Shown: positions 38,063 through 51,164, numbered from the stretch's first letter. The stretch is DNA of 64,000 bases from Octopus sinensis (GCF_006345805.1 NC_043016.1:14446001-14510000); one strand, 5' to 3'. Numbers and translations are program-made. Notes: generated by a model not told the origin, from the sequence alone.

Positions 38063-38730
38063 CAGAATACCTCATTTCTAAAATACAGAACAGTATTGTT
38101 AAATTGTATATGTGCATTTATTGATATAATGGTCACCATCTAAAAATGAATAAGAAAAGAATAAATAAGAACATAAGAAAAAATAAGACATGAAAAAAGT
38201 AAATAAAAATAACTGTAATCTTTAAAGAAAAGTTTTGCTTCAGAAATTAATTTTATGTCTCAGTTTACCATTTGTCATCTCTTATTATAAAAGGCAGATT
38301 TTATCTGCCTCCCTTTGTAAGTTATAGAAATCTACAATATAGGATTTCTTCAATTACAATTTACCTAGCATTTTTAAGAGTAGAATGCATCGGGTCATGC
38401 CAGGTCCAGTTTTTAAAATTTAAACTCCAATTAAGCAAAATTTACAGAAAACTCACATTCTGGTGTGTATGTCAAATGCTTTTCTTAGTCTGGTTTACAG
38501 CACACGCAAACGCACACACACAGTGTGCAACGAATAAAGTGAAACTAGATGTAATATTTGTTTCTGTCTATCACGCTGATAGATACATGAGTAAAATGTA
38601 TGGGAAGCTAACAGATAAGAGTGAGTGAAAATGTTCTTGGAAGAGAGTAAATTAGCGACAGAGTGATTTGAGGAAGACTAAACTGAAAGTATGAAACAGT
38701 GTTTATGTATAAACAGACGACACTTATATA

Positions 38731-39057
38731 AACCCTTTCGTTACCAAACCGCCCGAATTTACCTATTCATATTTAAATGAGAATATCAGAGTAAATCTCT
38801 TTAGTACATTCGTGAAAACACGTATTATACTTCGTAAACACTTCAAATACAGTTTTGTACAAAATCGAAGTGTAATTTTAATTCCGTGAATTATGGGAGA
38901 TTTTTTTCCAAAATTTGTTCCTATTGTGTTTTCAAAATTTGTAATTCTGACAAAAAATGGATACGAATTTCATTATATCAAGCAGTGAGTCAGAATTCGA
39001 AGGATTTTCTACTGAAGACCTTCATAAATCTAACTCTATGACTGAAAAAAAAAAGCA
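38731..39057 (+). mobile_element. piggyBac-like element 5' end
   Basis: CCCTTTCGTTACC terminus shared with the TTAA-flanked MITEs at 18.5 kb; acidic MDTNFIISSSESEFEGFS N-terminus; interrupted by the Helitron. Confidence 0.6.
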
Positions 39058-39442
39058 TCTTTATATAAGAGTGAAGTTGTGTGTCTGTCCCCTTCGATTT
39101 AGATTCGTAACTACTCCCACATTTTGCGGTGCAGTTTAACCAAAAGCGGGTATCTTATAGTCGTGATTCATATCGAGCCCTTCTGGGTATTAGCGTGCGT
39201 CTACGATGAGTCTACGATTTAAAAAAAATTTACCATCATATTTTTCCATTTTAATGCATTTTTTTCGCTTTTATATAAGGGAAATAACTCTCTAAAAATA
39301 TCTACGATGTGTTAACGATTTAAAAAAAAATTTACCTTAATTTTTTTTCAATTTTTAATGCATTTTTTTGCTATTTTTTGGCTATAACTCTCTAAAAATG
39401 CTTATATAGTTATTTCCCTTACAACCCGAGCGATACTGCTAG
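39058..39442 (+). mobile_element. Non-autonomous Helitron-like element
   Basis: Begins TC after A and ends CTAG before T (A|T target, no TSD); internal tandem repeats; 3' hairpin appears partly deleted. Confidence 0.7.
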
Positions 39443-40414
39443 TTTTAGATAATTCTTTTCCTTGTTTCAGTCATTTGACTGTGGTCATGCTGAAGCACTA
39501 CCTTTAGTCAAACAAATCAGCCCCAGGATTCTTTCTTTGTAAGCCTAGTACTTATTCTACCAGTCTCTTTTGCTGAACTGCTAAGTTGCAGGGACATAAA
39601 CACACCAACATCGATTGTCAAGTGATGGTGGGGGGACAAACACAGACACACACACACACATATACACAACAGGATTCTTTCAGTTTTCATCTACCAAATC
39701 CATTCACAAGGCTTTGGTTAGTCCAAGACTATAGTAGAAAACACTTGCCCAAGATGCCATGCAATGGGACTGAACCAGGAAGCAAGCTTCTTACCACACA
39801 GTTACACATGTTAGAAAAAAATCATTTCAACTCTGTTAAGATTGGAAAGGAAGTTCACATCTCTAAAATTGTCAAGAAGGCCTGGCTGTCTTAGCATCAC
39901 TAAATAAAACCTTTATATCAACAAAGTCACCAATGTGTAGATAGTAAATTCATCTGAGAGAGACTACTAAAGAGAGAGTTAGAGTAAGAGTTGTATTGCT
40001 CCACACAAAAAAAGTATTGCTTCTCCGTTGGAACTGGAAGAAGGAGAAAGATAGATGTACTCCCAGATCAGAAGTAGCAACCAAAGAGAGACACAGAAAT
40101 TTATCTTTGTGTATTTATTTACATTCTTTGTAACTAAATTAGGCCAAACTTTTAAAAACAATGGATTTTTCTCTGTATCAGTTTTGCCCCTTGTTTATCT
40201 TGTGAAGGTCTAAGAGTTAGGGTAGGGTTCATTTTCATAAATTTCCTATAGCAACAGGTGAAAACAATAGGCTGAGAACATGTAGGAAAATATGGATTCA
40301 GTTTTGAATCCTGACTCAGAAATTCGGTTGCTGATTACTGCACCTTTGTCAGTTGCTCTCTAGTTATTTTCTCAAAGTTGTAGATGGCTATGGTATGTCC
40401 ACATTATGGGAAAA

Positions 40415-40640
40415 GGCGGCGAGCTGGCAGGAACGTTAGCACGCCGGGCGAAATGCTTAGTGGTATTTCGTCTGCCATTACATTGTGAGTTCAAATTCCG
40501 CCGAGGCCGACTTTGCCTTTCATCTTTTCAGGGTCGATAAATTAAGTACCAGTTACGCACTGGAGTCGATGTAATCGACTTAATACCTATGTCTGTCCCC
40601 TCTGTGTTTAGCCCCTTGTGGGTAACAAAGTAATAGGTAT
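40415..40640 (+). mobile_element. tRNA-derived SINE, family B (other copies ~11030-11240-, 11270-11475-, 29415-29625-, 29700-29915-, 45871-46080+, 52950-53125+)
   Basis: GGCGGCGAGCTGGCAG head, B-box GAGTTCAAATTCC, conserved core GACTTTGCCTTTCATCCTTTC...GATAAATTAAGTACCAG. Confidence 0.9.
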
Positions 40641-40649
40641 GTCTACACT

Positions 40650-41030
40650 TAGAGTTTGCATCACCAGTGTGGAACCCTTATTTTGCTTAGCTTATCAATC
40701 TCCTGGAGACTGTTCAGAAATGTGCAATCAGATGAACACTTGCTGTCAGTCATTATTCATATTCTGAACGACTTCCTTCCTGGGGCAAGGACACATTAAA
40801 GCTCCAATGTCTAGCAACTGACTTGGTAGACACCCACAAGGTTATCCACCAACTTTCCAACAACACCCTTGAATACTTCTTTGAATCCAGTATGTCTGAC
40901 ACTTGTGTACATGCTTTAAACCAAAAACAACACAGCACCAATAACTTTCAGAAATTATTTTTTCAGGCACAGAATTGCTGAAGCTTGGAATAAACTTCAT
41001 ACATCAGTTGTTAGCTGTTGGAACGCTACA
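40650..41030 (+). mobile_element. CR1/L2-type LINE 3' fragment
   Basis: LEFASPVWNPYF..INLLETVQKCA motif typical of the CR1-group RT C-terminus. Confidence 0.65.
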
Positions 41031-42809
41031 TTCTTTAAAACTTCCATGCTTCCCAAAATTTGTCACCAGCACATCTGATGCCTCTGCACATTTTTTTAAA
41101 ATAATGCATCCACTGTTCACTTTCTGCGCATTATTCAGTTCATGCACTTTTGGTTACTTTTTCTGATGAGTTGCTTTACACCTGAGCACTTTATACAACA
41201 AGATTTGTATTAAGAACTTATTGGATTGGCTCTAAAATTTCCAAGTTTTGACATTTCTATGAACTTCTCTAGTGAGTCAAAAACTATAATTCTTTTGGAT
41301 CTGTATGTGTTAAGCATAGCAGAATTACTAATCTAAAGCGAAAAACATGTGTGCATGCACATGTGTGTGTGTGTACATGTATGCGTGCATATGTGTGTGT
41401 GTGTGATGTACATGTGTGTGTGTGTGTATGTGTGTGTATTTTCACCCTTTTTCTATAAACTATTAGTTTGACTTCCTCTTGAAAATTTTGATTTATGTTT
41501 ATAATTTCAAAGAAACATAAATTCATTCTTTTATTCTTGTGTTTGTTTCAGTTATTTGACAGCAGCCATGCTGGAGCACCACCTTGGAAGGTTTTAGTCA
41601 AACAGATTGACCCTAGGACTTGTTTTTTAAAGCCTAGTACTTATTCTATTGGCCCCTTTTGCCAAACCGCTAAGTTATGGGGATGTAAATATACTAACAC
41701 TGGTTGTCGAGTGGTGATGGGGGGCAAACAGACACAATGACACACACATATATAATATGATGGGCTTCTTTCAGTTTCCGTCTGCCAAATCCACTCACAA
41801 AGCTTTGGTTAGCCCAAGCCACTTGCTCAAGTTGTCATACAGTGGGACTGAACCTGGAACTATGTGGTTGGAAAGCAAGCTTCTTGTCACACAGCCATGC
41901 CTGTTTAAAACAATTTGAGGATGTTTTCAGTTTAGCTGCCAATTTTCGAGAAATTCAAAGTTTATTGAAAATTTTAAAATTTGTTACATTAATGTAGTTT
42001 TCTAAGCTGAATTTCATAACTTTTTTATTTTTTGGAATTTTCAGAAAATTTTTACGAATTTGTTTCCTACACATGGGAATACGATTATCCAAAAATAAAA
42101 CAAAAGATTTTTTAGTGCGTGATTTAAGGCCTATTTGACCGCTATGTTTAGCACATCTAACGATCACCTCAAGGACTAGAATATATTTGTCAACACGTGC
42201 TTTCGCACAGACAAAAAGAACTCTTATATTTAGTTTGTTACTATGGAAACAGGCATGAATGTGTCTGTGGCTTACGATTAGCTAAAATTACCCAAAATTT
42301 GCAAACTTTAAAAGCTAATAACCCTTTATTTATTGATTTATTGCGAAAATGAATTTCAAAGCAGTAATTAGCATATAAAACCATATCGTTACACCGAATA
42401 TAAAATCAATTCGAGCAGGAATCGAAGAGATTGAACATTGGCACCCAAACAGAAAAGATCCCAAACTAAAAAAAAAAAATAAAAAAAAAAAAACCGGAAA
42501 AAGTCAAAAAAGAATCGAAAGTGAAAAATTACGCTCTCCCATTAATTATTTTTCATTTTCGTAATCTATCTTACTTTTAAACATACAGATTAAATTAAAT
42601 GGTCTTGGTGCATTTGATAATTGATGACGCTAATTTATAGGAATGCCAGTAATTGATTTAATTTTTTTTTTTATTAATGTTTAAAATAACACAAAAAAGA
42701 TGTGCAAACAACATTGCACTGTTCATTTTATTGACTAAAACAACTTTTATATTTGAATACCAGAAAATCTATTTTAAAATTAGGATTAACCACTTGATTA
42801 AAAGGTTAT

Positions 42810-43226
42810 AAAGATTAGGAAGGTGGATCATCGCTATTCCTCTCTGCACAAGTTATCGCCCCGTTCGCACCAAGAGTTCGGTTATCAAGACTTCTTTAAA
42901 CGCTTATTTCACTTTTAACGTCCACGCAGCGGAACCAATTCAACACCCGTAAATACATTGTAGCTTATAAACATTCATCACATGAAATTACTTCTCTTGT
43001 TACCGTAAGATTCTTCGATCAGCTGAAGAACAACAGACCCTGCTTCATTAACAAACTAAGGTTAACTAAAAGACAAAAGAAAGGAAAAAAAAAAGTAAAG
43101 GCAGTCATACAACAAAAGATTATAGGAAAGCAGATACCGCAGAGACACACTCGAGTAGCAGCAAGCTTTTAAACGAGAAAAAAGGTCCTTGATCGAAATA
43201 CCCGACAAGTTTAGATATTATTAACG
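42810..43226. promoter_or_regulatory. Putative PGAM5 promoter/5'UTR region
   Basis: Unique, locally CpG-enriched sequence just upstream of the PGAM5 ATG; no specific core element identified. Confidence 0.45.
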
Positions 43227-43402
43227 ATGCCTCATTGGAAACATGCCGTCCGTGTATTTGGTGCAGTGTCAACTGCAGCCACGACTGCAATTATATTCGG
43301 TACCAACCCGAATCCAGAAGATATGTGGAGCAATTTTAAAAACGTCTACGCTGCCTGGTCGACACACATTCCAAGTGTGAAATGGGACTATAATTGGGAC
43401 AG
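43227..43402 (+). CDS. PGAM5: PGAM5 mitochondrial Ser/Thr protein phosphatase, coding exon 1
   Basis: ATG-MPHWKHAVRVFGAVSTAATTAIIFG (membrane-anchor-like) ... SVKWDYNWDR, the WDxNWD motif; AG|GTAAAA donor, phase 2. Confidence 0.92.
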
Positions 43403-44277
43403 GTAAAAAAATGTTTCTTTTAACAATGACCCACAGTACACGGGTACTTGTACCCAGTACACGAGCACACACACACACACGCACTGAGCATTTATGTAAT
43501 AAATATATGTATAATATATGTAAATGTAAGCATACCTACACAAGTGTGCCCCACCATCACTTTGTTTCTTTGTAACTTTCGGAAAACGGATATTTTAACT
43601 GAAATTTTTATGTAATTACACTTCAGATGTAGGTTCCGATTATGTTGGAATTTGATGTGAACATTTTTTGCGTGAGAGGAGTTTCTGAAAATTCACATGT
43701 CTCGTCCTCGTAACTCAGAAAAAACGAGTTCATAACAGATATAGAGTACGTGTGTATCTTTCTTCGGTCGAATGCATCGACTCCTCTACTTTAGAGCCTA
43801 TCGGTTTATTTTTGCCGAACCGCTACTTTACGGGGACACAAACAAACCAGCACTCGTTCTTTGTGACAAACACAGACACATACGCATATATATTCTTTTA
43901 TTTACTTGTTTCAGTCATTTGACTGCGTCCATGCTGGGGCACCGCCTTAATCGAAGAAACTTATTGTTTGTAAACGTAGTAGTTATTCTATTGGTTTTCT
44001 TTTGCCGAACTTAAAGGTTCGGCACGGTTGTCGGGCAGTGATGTGGTAGCAAACACAGACAAAGACACATACTCATAAACATATACGACAGGCTTCTTTC
44101 AGTTTCCGTCTACCAAATCCACTCACTAGGCTTTGGTCGGCTTCAAGTTACAGAAGACACATGCTCAAGGTACCACGCAGTGGGACTGAACCCAGAACCA
44201 TGTGGTTGGGAAGCAAGCTTCTTACCACATAGTCACGCATGTGCCTGTCTTGTTTTCTGTAAATTTGAGCTATACAT

Positions 44278-44311
<34 letters not shown>

Positions 44312-45040
44312 GTATCACTGACCCACATACACACAATCATATATATAATCACACACACATACATATAAATATATATATATTGAATGATATTGGAGTATGC
44401 CCTGTTACCATTTATTCTTTTACTTGTTTGTCGATATTTTCTTTCCGAGCAATGTCCCGGTCTAATCCCCATCTCTGAAATATTTGCCCATCCAGGTGAC
44501 ATGTGACTTACCAACACATGCTGTCACCCTAGTCGGGTTCCTCAAAGACGGGGTCACAATACGCGGGATCCCAACTCAGAAAATCGACCAATGACCAGCC
44601 ACAAGCTCCCTGAATCATGCCCGTAACAGGCGCATCCCAAACTCTGAGTAAAGGTCGTTCGTTAGATACAAAATCCAACCCAAAATAAACTCATAATCCG
44701 GCATAGCTTTTGCCTGACTTTAAGTATGTCATGTAAGTTTTCAGAAAACTTTTGCGAATTTATGTTCTACATACGGGAATTCATACAACTATGCAAAAAA
44801 AAGAAAAAAAGTGTGATTTAAGGAGTATTCAGCTATTATTTTTAGCACGTCTTAACGACCACCTTATACTGTCCTCGTTTGTTTGACATTAACGTATTGA
44901 TGTTTTTCAATATCTTTCTTCCCATAAACACATTTTGCTGGGACTGAAAGCTAAAACTTAGGAATTACCCGTATTTTAAACTGTGATGAAAAAAAATTAA
45001 AAACAAAAAACTTTTCTTCCCAATTGTATAAATTTCTGTG

Positions 45041-45320
45041 GGTACTACCTAAGAAGCGTGGTCCCGGTGCGCGCACTCGTGTACTCGCGCACCCGCGCTA
45101 GCTAGTCGTGACTAGTCGATCCTTACTTTGTGTTTCTGCTTTATTTACTTCCTTTAAAAAAAAATATTTACTTTGTGTTTTATGTATTTTATTTACTTTG
45201 TTTTAAAAAATTATTTACTTTGCTACGTAGTCGTTGTAGGATCGACTAGTCACGACTAGCTAGTGCGGATGCGCAAGTACGTGAGTGCGCGCACCGGGAC
45301 CACTCTTCTTAAGTAGTACC
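45041..45320. mobile_element. CpG-rich MITE with ~83-bp terminal inverted repeats
   Basis: GGTACTACCTAAGAAGCGTGGTCCCGG...GATCCT mirrored at 45238-45320 around an AT-rich spacer. Confidence 0.8.
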
Positions 45321-46271
45321 TTTTTGACTGTAGAACAAATTCACAAAAACTTCTGAAAATTCCAAATAATTAAAATGTTATGAGAGGTTATATGGTGTAC
45401 TTAAAGCAGAATTTCGCCACCCCCGCATCCACACCATACAGTCATACTTGTGCTTTTACATACTATTTTATATATATATATATTAATGATGTGTCCTACT
45501 TGTTAAAATTCCATTTATTTATTTGTGCAGCTAAAGATAGCATTGCATTTAAATTGATGTAATGATTGCATTGTTCAATTAAATGGAGCCGCCTGAAACG
45601 GTAGTACAGCATTACTATTCTGTTGCTTATCTTGATTTTATTCACCTAGCTGTGTGGATAATACTGCATTGACATGGTGCTTCAACTGAAGTACTTAATG
45701 CAATTACATATACATATCCGAAGGGCTTCTTTCAGTCTCTGTCCACCAAATCCCCTCACTGTTTTAATTGGCCCAAGGCTATAATAGAAGACACTTGCTA
45801 GACAATGGGACTGAACTTGGAACCATGTTGTTGAGAAGTAAACTTCTTAAACATACAGCTACATTTCACCAGGCGGCGAGCTGGCAGAAATGCGTAGCAG
45901 TATTTCGTCTGCCGTTACGTTCTGGGTTCAAATTCCGCCGAGGTCAACTTTACTTTTCATCCTTTCAGGGTCTATAAATTTAGTACCAGTTACGCACTGG
46001 GGTCGATGTAATCGACTTAATCCGTTTGTCTGTCCTTGTTTGTCCCCTCTATGATTAGCCCCTTGTGGGTAGTAAAGAAATATATATATATATATATTAC
46101 GGAGATGTACTTGCATAGTGAGTGACTTGATCTGAGATCGTGTGCTGGAACAAAAACAATTGCAGCGTGGAAGGTGTTTATAAGCCATTTAAGAAACACA
46201 CAATAACCGTTAGATTCACTTCAACATTTAAATTTAATTTGTCAAAATATTTTTGTGCTGCAGCACAAAGT

Positions 46272-46322
46272 TTTGTCAGTGAACAGTTCGCGGTCTCAAA
46301 GCGATGAAAATATTTTGACAAA
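46272..46322 (+). ncRNA. Hammerhead-like motif with G3-C8 core variant inside a ~90-bp inverted repeat (46163-46396)
   Basis: TTTGTCA-GTGAACA-GT-TCGC(ggtctcaaa)GCGA-T-GAAAATATTT-TGACAAA. Confidence 0.55.
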
Positions 46323-46395
46323 TTAAATTTAAATGTTGAAGTGAATCTAACGGTTTTGTGTGATTCTTAAATGGCTTATAAACACCTTCCACGCT

Positions 46396-48280
46396 GACAT
46401 GGAGAAAGCCTTTGACAGGGTCCCCCGATCCCTTATCTGGTGGTCAATGAGGAAACTAGGGATAGATGAATGGTTAGTGAGAGCTGTGCAAGCCATGTAC
46501 AGAGACGCTGCTAGTAAGGTGAGGGTTGGCAACGAGTACAGTGAAGAATTCCGGGTAGAGGTTGGGGTCCACCAAAGTTCAGTCCTCAGTCCTCTCCTAT
46601 TTATCATAGTCCTCCAGGCAATAACGGAGGAATTCAAGACAGGATGCCCCTGAGAGCTCCTCTATGCTGATGACCTTGCTCTAATTGCTGAGTCACTATC
46701 AGAACTGGAGGAGAAGTTTCAGGTGTGGAAAGAAGGATTAGAATCGAAGGGCCTTAGAATCAACCTAGCCAAAACCAAAGTCCTAATAAGTAGGAAGGTG
46801 GACCAATCACAAATGACTTCAGGTAGATGGCTCTGCTCGATCTGTAAAAAAGGTGTAGGTAGAAACTCTATAAGGTGCACCAAGTGTAAGCTATGGACAC
46901 ATAAGAGGTGCAGCAATGTCAAAGGAAGGCTAACTAGGAAAATAGTTTTTGTCTGTGGCAGATGCTCAGGAGCAATAAACACTGGAAATGTGCAGAGACC
47001 AACTTCTACCACGTTCCAGGGAGACAAACTAGAAGTAGTTGATAGCTTCTGCTACCTAGGTGACCAAGTCAGTAGCTGGGGTGGGTGTGCTGAAAGTGTA
47101 ACTGCTAGAGTAAGAATAGCCTGGGCAAAGTTTAGAGAGCTCTTACCCCTGCTGGTGACAAAAGGCCTCTCGCTCAGAGTAAAAGGCAGACTGTATGATG
47201 CATGTGTACGTACAGCCATGCTACAAGGTAGTGAAACATGGGCCATGACTGCTGAGGATATGCGTAAGCTCGCAAGAAATGAAGCCAGTATGCTCCGATG
47301 GATGTGTAATGTCAGTGTTCATAATCGACAGAGTGTAAGTATCTTGAGAGAAAAGTTGAACCTAAGAAGCATCAGTTGTGGTGTGCAAGAGAGATGGCTG
47401 CGCTGGTATGGTCATGTGACGAGAATGGCTGAAGATAGTTGTGTGCAAAAGTGCTACACCCTAGCAGTTGAGGGAACCTGTGGAAGAGGTAGACCCAGGA
47501 AAACCTGGGACGAGGTGGTGAAGCACGACCTTCAAACTTTAAGTCTCACCAAGGAAATGACTAGAGACCGAGACCTATGGAAGTATGCTGTGCGTGAGAA
47601 GACCCGGCAAGACTAGTGAGGCCATAACCCGTGGCCCCTACCTGGGACGTAGTCAGTCCACCTGTGCATACCTTCCTTCTTGGGACACTTGTGAAGACCT
47701 GTTGAAGCAAGTGAAAATCAAACCAAATCAAAATAGATGAACATCAATGGAATTTGTATCCTTGTGGTACTAGTGCCGGTGGCACATAAGAAAACCATCC
47801 GAACGTGGCCGTAGCCAGTACCGCATCGACTGGCCTCCGTGCTGTGGGCACGTAACAAACACCATCCGATCGTGGCCATTTGCCAGCCTCGTCTAGCACC
47901 TGTGTCGGTGGCACATAAAAAACACCATCCAAGCGTGGCTGTTCGCCAGCTTCGTCTGGCACCAGTGTCGGTGGCACATAAAAAACACCATCCGAGCGTG
48001 GCCGTCCGCCAGCCTCGTCTGGCACCTGTGTCGGTGGCACATAAAAAACACCATCCGAGCGTGGCCGTTCGCCAGCCTTGTCTGGCACCTGTGTTGGTGG
48101 CACATAAAATCACCCACTACACTCTCGGAGTGGTTGGCGTTAGGAAGGGCATCCAGCTGTAGAAACACTGCCAGATCAGACTGGGCCTGGTGCAGCCTTC
48201 TGGCTTCCCAGACCCCAGTTGACCCGTCCAACTCATGCTAGCATGGAAAGCGGATGTTAAACGATGATGATGATGATGAT
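46396..48280 (+). mobile_element. 5'-truncated RTE-clade LINE (RT C-terminal half, repeat-containing 3'UTR, (GAT)n tail)
   Basis: One frame from DMEKAFDRVPR through LLYADDL to stop at 47616, with a single internal TGA at 46651-46653. PHD-like C-x2-C insertion; 3'UTR with 63-bp tandem units; ends aaacgatgatgatgat. Confidence 0.93.
47770..48110 (+). repeat. 63-bp tandem repeat in RTE 3'UTR
   Basis: GGTGGCAC recurs at 47907, 47970, 48033 and 48096 (period 63), with two diverged units upstream. Confidence 0.9.
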
Positions 48281-48299
48281 ATATATATATATAAATACA

Positions 48300-50623
48300 C
48301 ATTGGTACCTTGACTTACGAGTGTCCCAACTAACGAGTTTTTTGAGATACGTGTTGTCTCTTGGCCAATTTTTTTGCTTTGAGTTGCAAACTAAAATTTG
48401 GGTTACAAACCAGCTTCAGATACTCCACCATTTGTTGGCATAGCGCACACCACAGTGAACACCATGACATCTGCCCAGCATCCTGTGCCTTATAGCTCGA
48501 TAGAGATGCATGTTAGCAAGTGCAAAGATCGTTAGCTAGACAGGTGCTAAAATGCATCTATTAGTCATTGCAGGCCACAGAAGCATCAGTGTTGTGCTTG
48601 CAGTTATTTTGCAAAACTTTGTTTTAGAAACCATGGGTCCGTAGAGAGTGAGTGCGAAGGACAGTGGGTACGAAGAAGTGGATGACGAGCTTTGAATTAA
48701 AGAAAGAAATTATCAAAAAACATGATCAAGGTGTGTAGTTGACACAACGAAGCAGTATGAGTGTAGCACTTCTATGATTTGCACCATACTGAAGCAGGAG
48801 GAATCGATAAAGGCTGTAACGCCAGTCAAGGGTGTTAAAACAATTTCTAAACAGTAGACATCTATCCATGAAAATATGGAGAAGTCACTGATGGTTTGGT
48901 TGACAGAGAAACAGCTCACAGGAGATGCCATGATGGAGGCTATAATCTTCGAGAAGGCATGAGCTATTTATGCTGGTTTACTGCAGCAGACTCTAGGCAC
49001 TTGTATGGACGAGGCATCGGGTGAACTGTTTAAAGCCAGTGGGGAATGGTTCAAGAATTTAAAAAAGAGGACTGGCATTCACTCCTTTGTCAGGCATGGT
49101 GAGGCAGCAAGCATGGTAGCTGAGAATCACTTCAAAACTTTTGCCAGAATTATAGTGGCCTAAGGTCGCATCTCCCAGTAAGTCTTCAACTGTGATGAGA
49201 TAGGACTGTTTTGGAAGAAGATGCCAAGAAGGACTTATATAACAACAGAGCAGAAGAGAATGCCAGGTCACAAACCCACGAAGGATAGGCTAACCCTTGC
49301 ATTGTGTGCCAATGTGAGCGATGGCTGCAAGATTAAGCCACTGCTCATTTATCATTTGGAAAACTCCAGAGCCTTTAAGTCACATAAAATTCTGAAAGAA
49401 AAGCTGCAGGTTATGCGGAGGGCAATCCTGAGGGCATGGGTCACCAGGCAGTTCTTAGTGGAGTGAGTGAATTTGGTCTTTGGTCCTGACATTAAGAAAT
49501 ATCTCCAGGAAAATAACTTACCTCTGAAAGCCCTTCTTGTCCTGGACAATGCACCTACCCATTGATGACATCCTCAAAGGGTTCAAGTTTATAAAGGTTC
49601 CCTACCTTCCACCCAACACCACCCCTATCCTACTCATGGACCAGCAAGAGATTTCTAATTCCAAGAAGCTCTTGACCAAGTACCTGTTTCATGCTGCTTT
49701 GAGGTGATAGGGAGCACAAACTTCACCCTTCAAGAGTTCTGGAAGGACCACTATAACATCATGATATGCCTCAGAATTATCAATATAGCCTGGCAGAGTG
49801 TTACAAAGAGGACCTTGACCTCTGCGTGGAAGAATCTGTGGCCTGAGGTTGTGCCTGAAACAGTCTTTAAAAGACTTGAACCTGAAGCAGCAGTGGTGGA
49901 GGAGATTGTATCTCTTGGCAAGTCCATGGGTCTGGACATGGATGAAGGTGACATCAACAAGTTCATCCAGGGGCACTCCAAGGAGCTACAGACGCAGCAG
50001 CACATGGAGGTTTTGCAAGGAATAATAGGTGACGCGGAGGAGGTTATTTCTTCAAGTGTGATAAAGGGAATGTGTGAGAAACTTTCAGACTTTATTCAAA
50101 AGAAACACCCAGAAAATGTTGCAACTGGGCATGTGACTGTGCTATTTAATGACACTTGCCTCACTCATTTCAGAAACATTCTGATAGGGAGGATGAAACA
50201 AACCTCATTGGACAGGTTTTTATTAAAAACTCCTGCAGATGAAAGTGAGGAAAGAGTGGTGAAAAGGGCAAAAATCAGCGAATAACATTCATTCATTCAG
50301 TTCAGCCTTTCTCCTCCGCTTCCACCAGCATCCTCAAGTTGTCTGATCTCCAAGGTAAATGCTGCACATTATACTTAATAAAACCAGTTTATTGCAGTAC
50401 ATTCTATTTTATTGTTTTTTGTACAATATTCATTATTTATAAGTATGATTTTCTTATTTAAAAACATGTGACAAAAAAATTGCGGTGTTTTTTTGGGGGG
50501 GACCCAGAACGGATTAATGGCATTTCAGTTTATTTCAATGGGGAAAACTGATTGACATATGAGTAATTTGAGTTACAAGCTCCATCACAGAAAGAATTAA
50601 ACTCGTAAGTCAAGGTATCATTG
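48300..50623 (+). mobile_element. Full-length Tigger/pogo DNA transposon, TIGD1-like transposase disabled
   Basis: 23-bp terminal inverted repeats CATTGGTACCTTGACTTACGAGT / ACTCGTAAGTCAAGGTATCATTG. Transposase segments FNCDE, WKKMPRRTYIT...GHKPTKDRLTL..CAN, LLVLDNAP and KQTSLDRF, with stops and frameshifts. Confidence 0.92.
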
Positions 50624-51164
50624 TATATATTTATATACAAATGTAAGATCCAAAGACTGAGGTGTAGGAAGAAGGTTAACTTCAAGCAAAGCATCTTAAT
50701 AATACTAAAACTCTAGAGATGTTTGTGTGCACCTGAAATATCTCAGAAATAGTATATTTTATCTTAATTATTTTTTGCATATTTATTTTTATACTTACCT
50801 TTGGCAGTGCAGTACAAACTTTTGTGATATTTGGACCTCTATTTATTAATGAAAACAATTAAACACAATTTTTGTTTGTTATTTCTTGACAAAAAAAAAC
50901 ATGGCTTCCATGACATCAACACACATACAGAATAGACATGCATATAATGAATGTCATGGTGGGTCAATCAACACAAACACACGTCTGCTATCTGTTACAT
51001 ACACACACAATCTTTGCACTCTCTAAGAAAGAAAAACATCGACATACACAATATTTTAATCATTTAGAAATATTTTTAAGTGAACGTGATTTCAAAAATG
51101 TAAGTTGCTTGTACAATGATTATTTATATTTAAGCTTTCTTTAAACAAACAATATTTTTATGTT

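Noticed and set aside
47718-48231. Overlapping repetitive ORFs on both strands
   Set aside because: By-product of a stop-free 63-bp tandem unit in the RTE 3'UTR; the same applies to ORFs at 54188-54890, 55888-56668 and 62363-63050.
50640-50760. Another possible hammerhead relic
   Set aside because: I could not assign a core and GAAA with paired stems.
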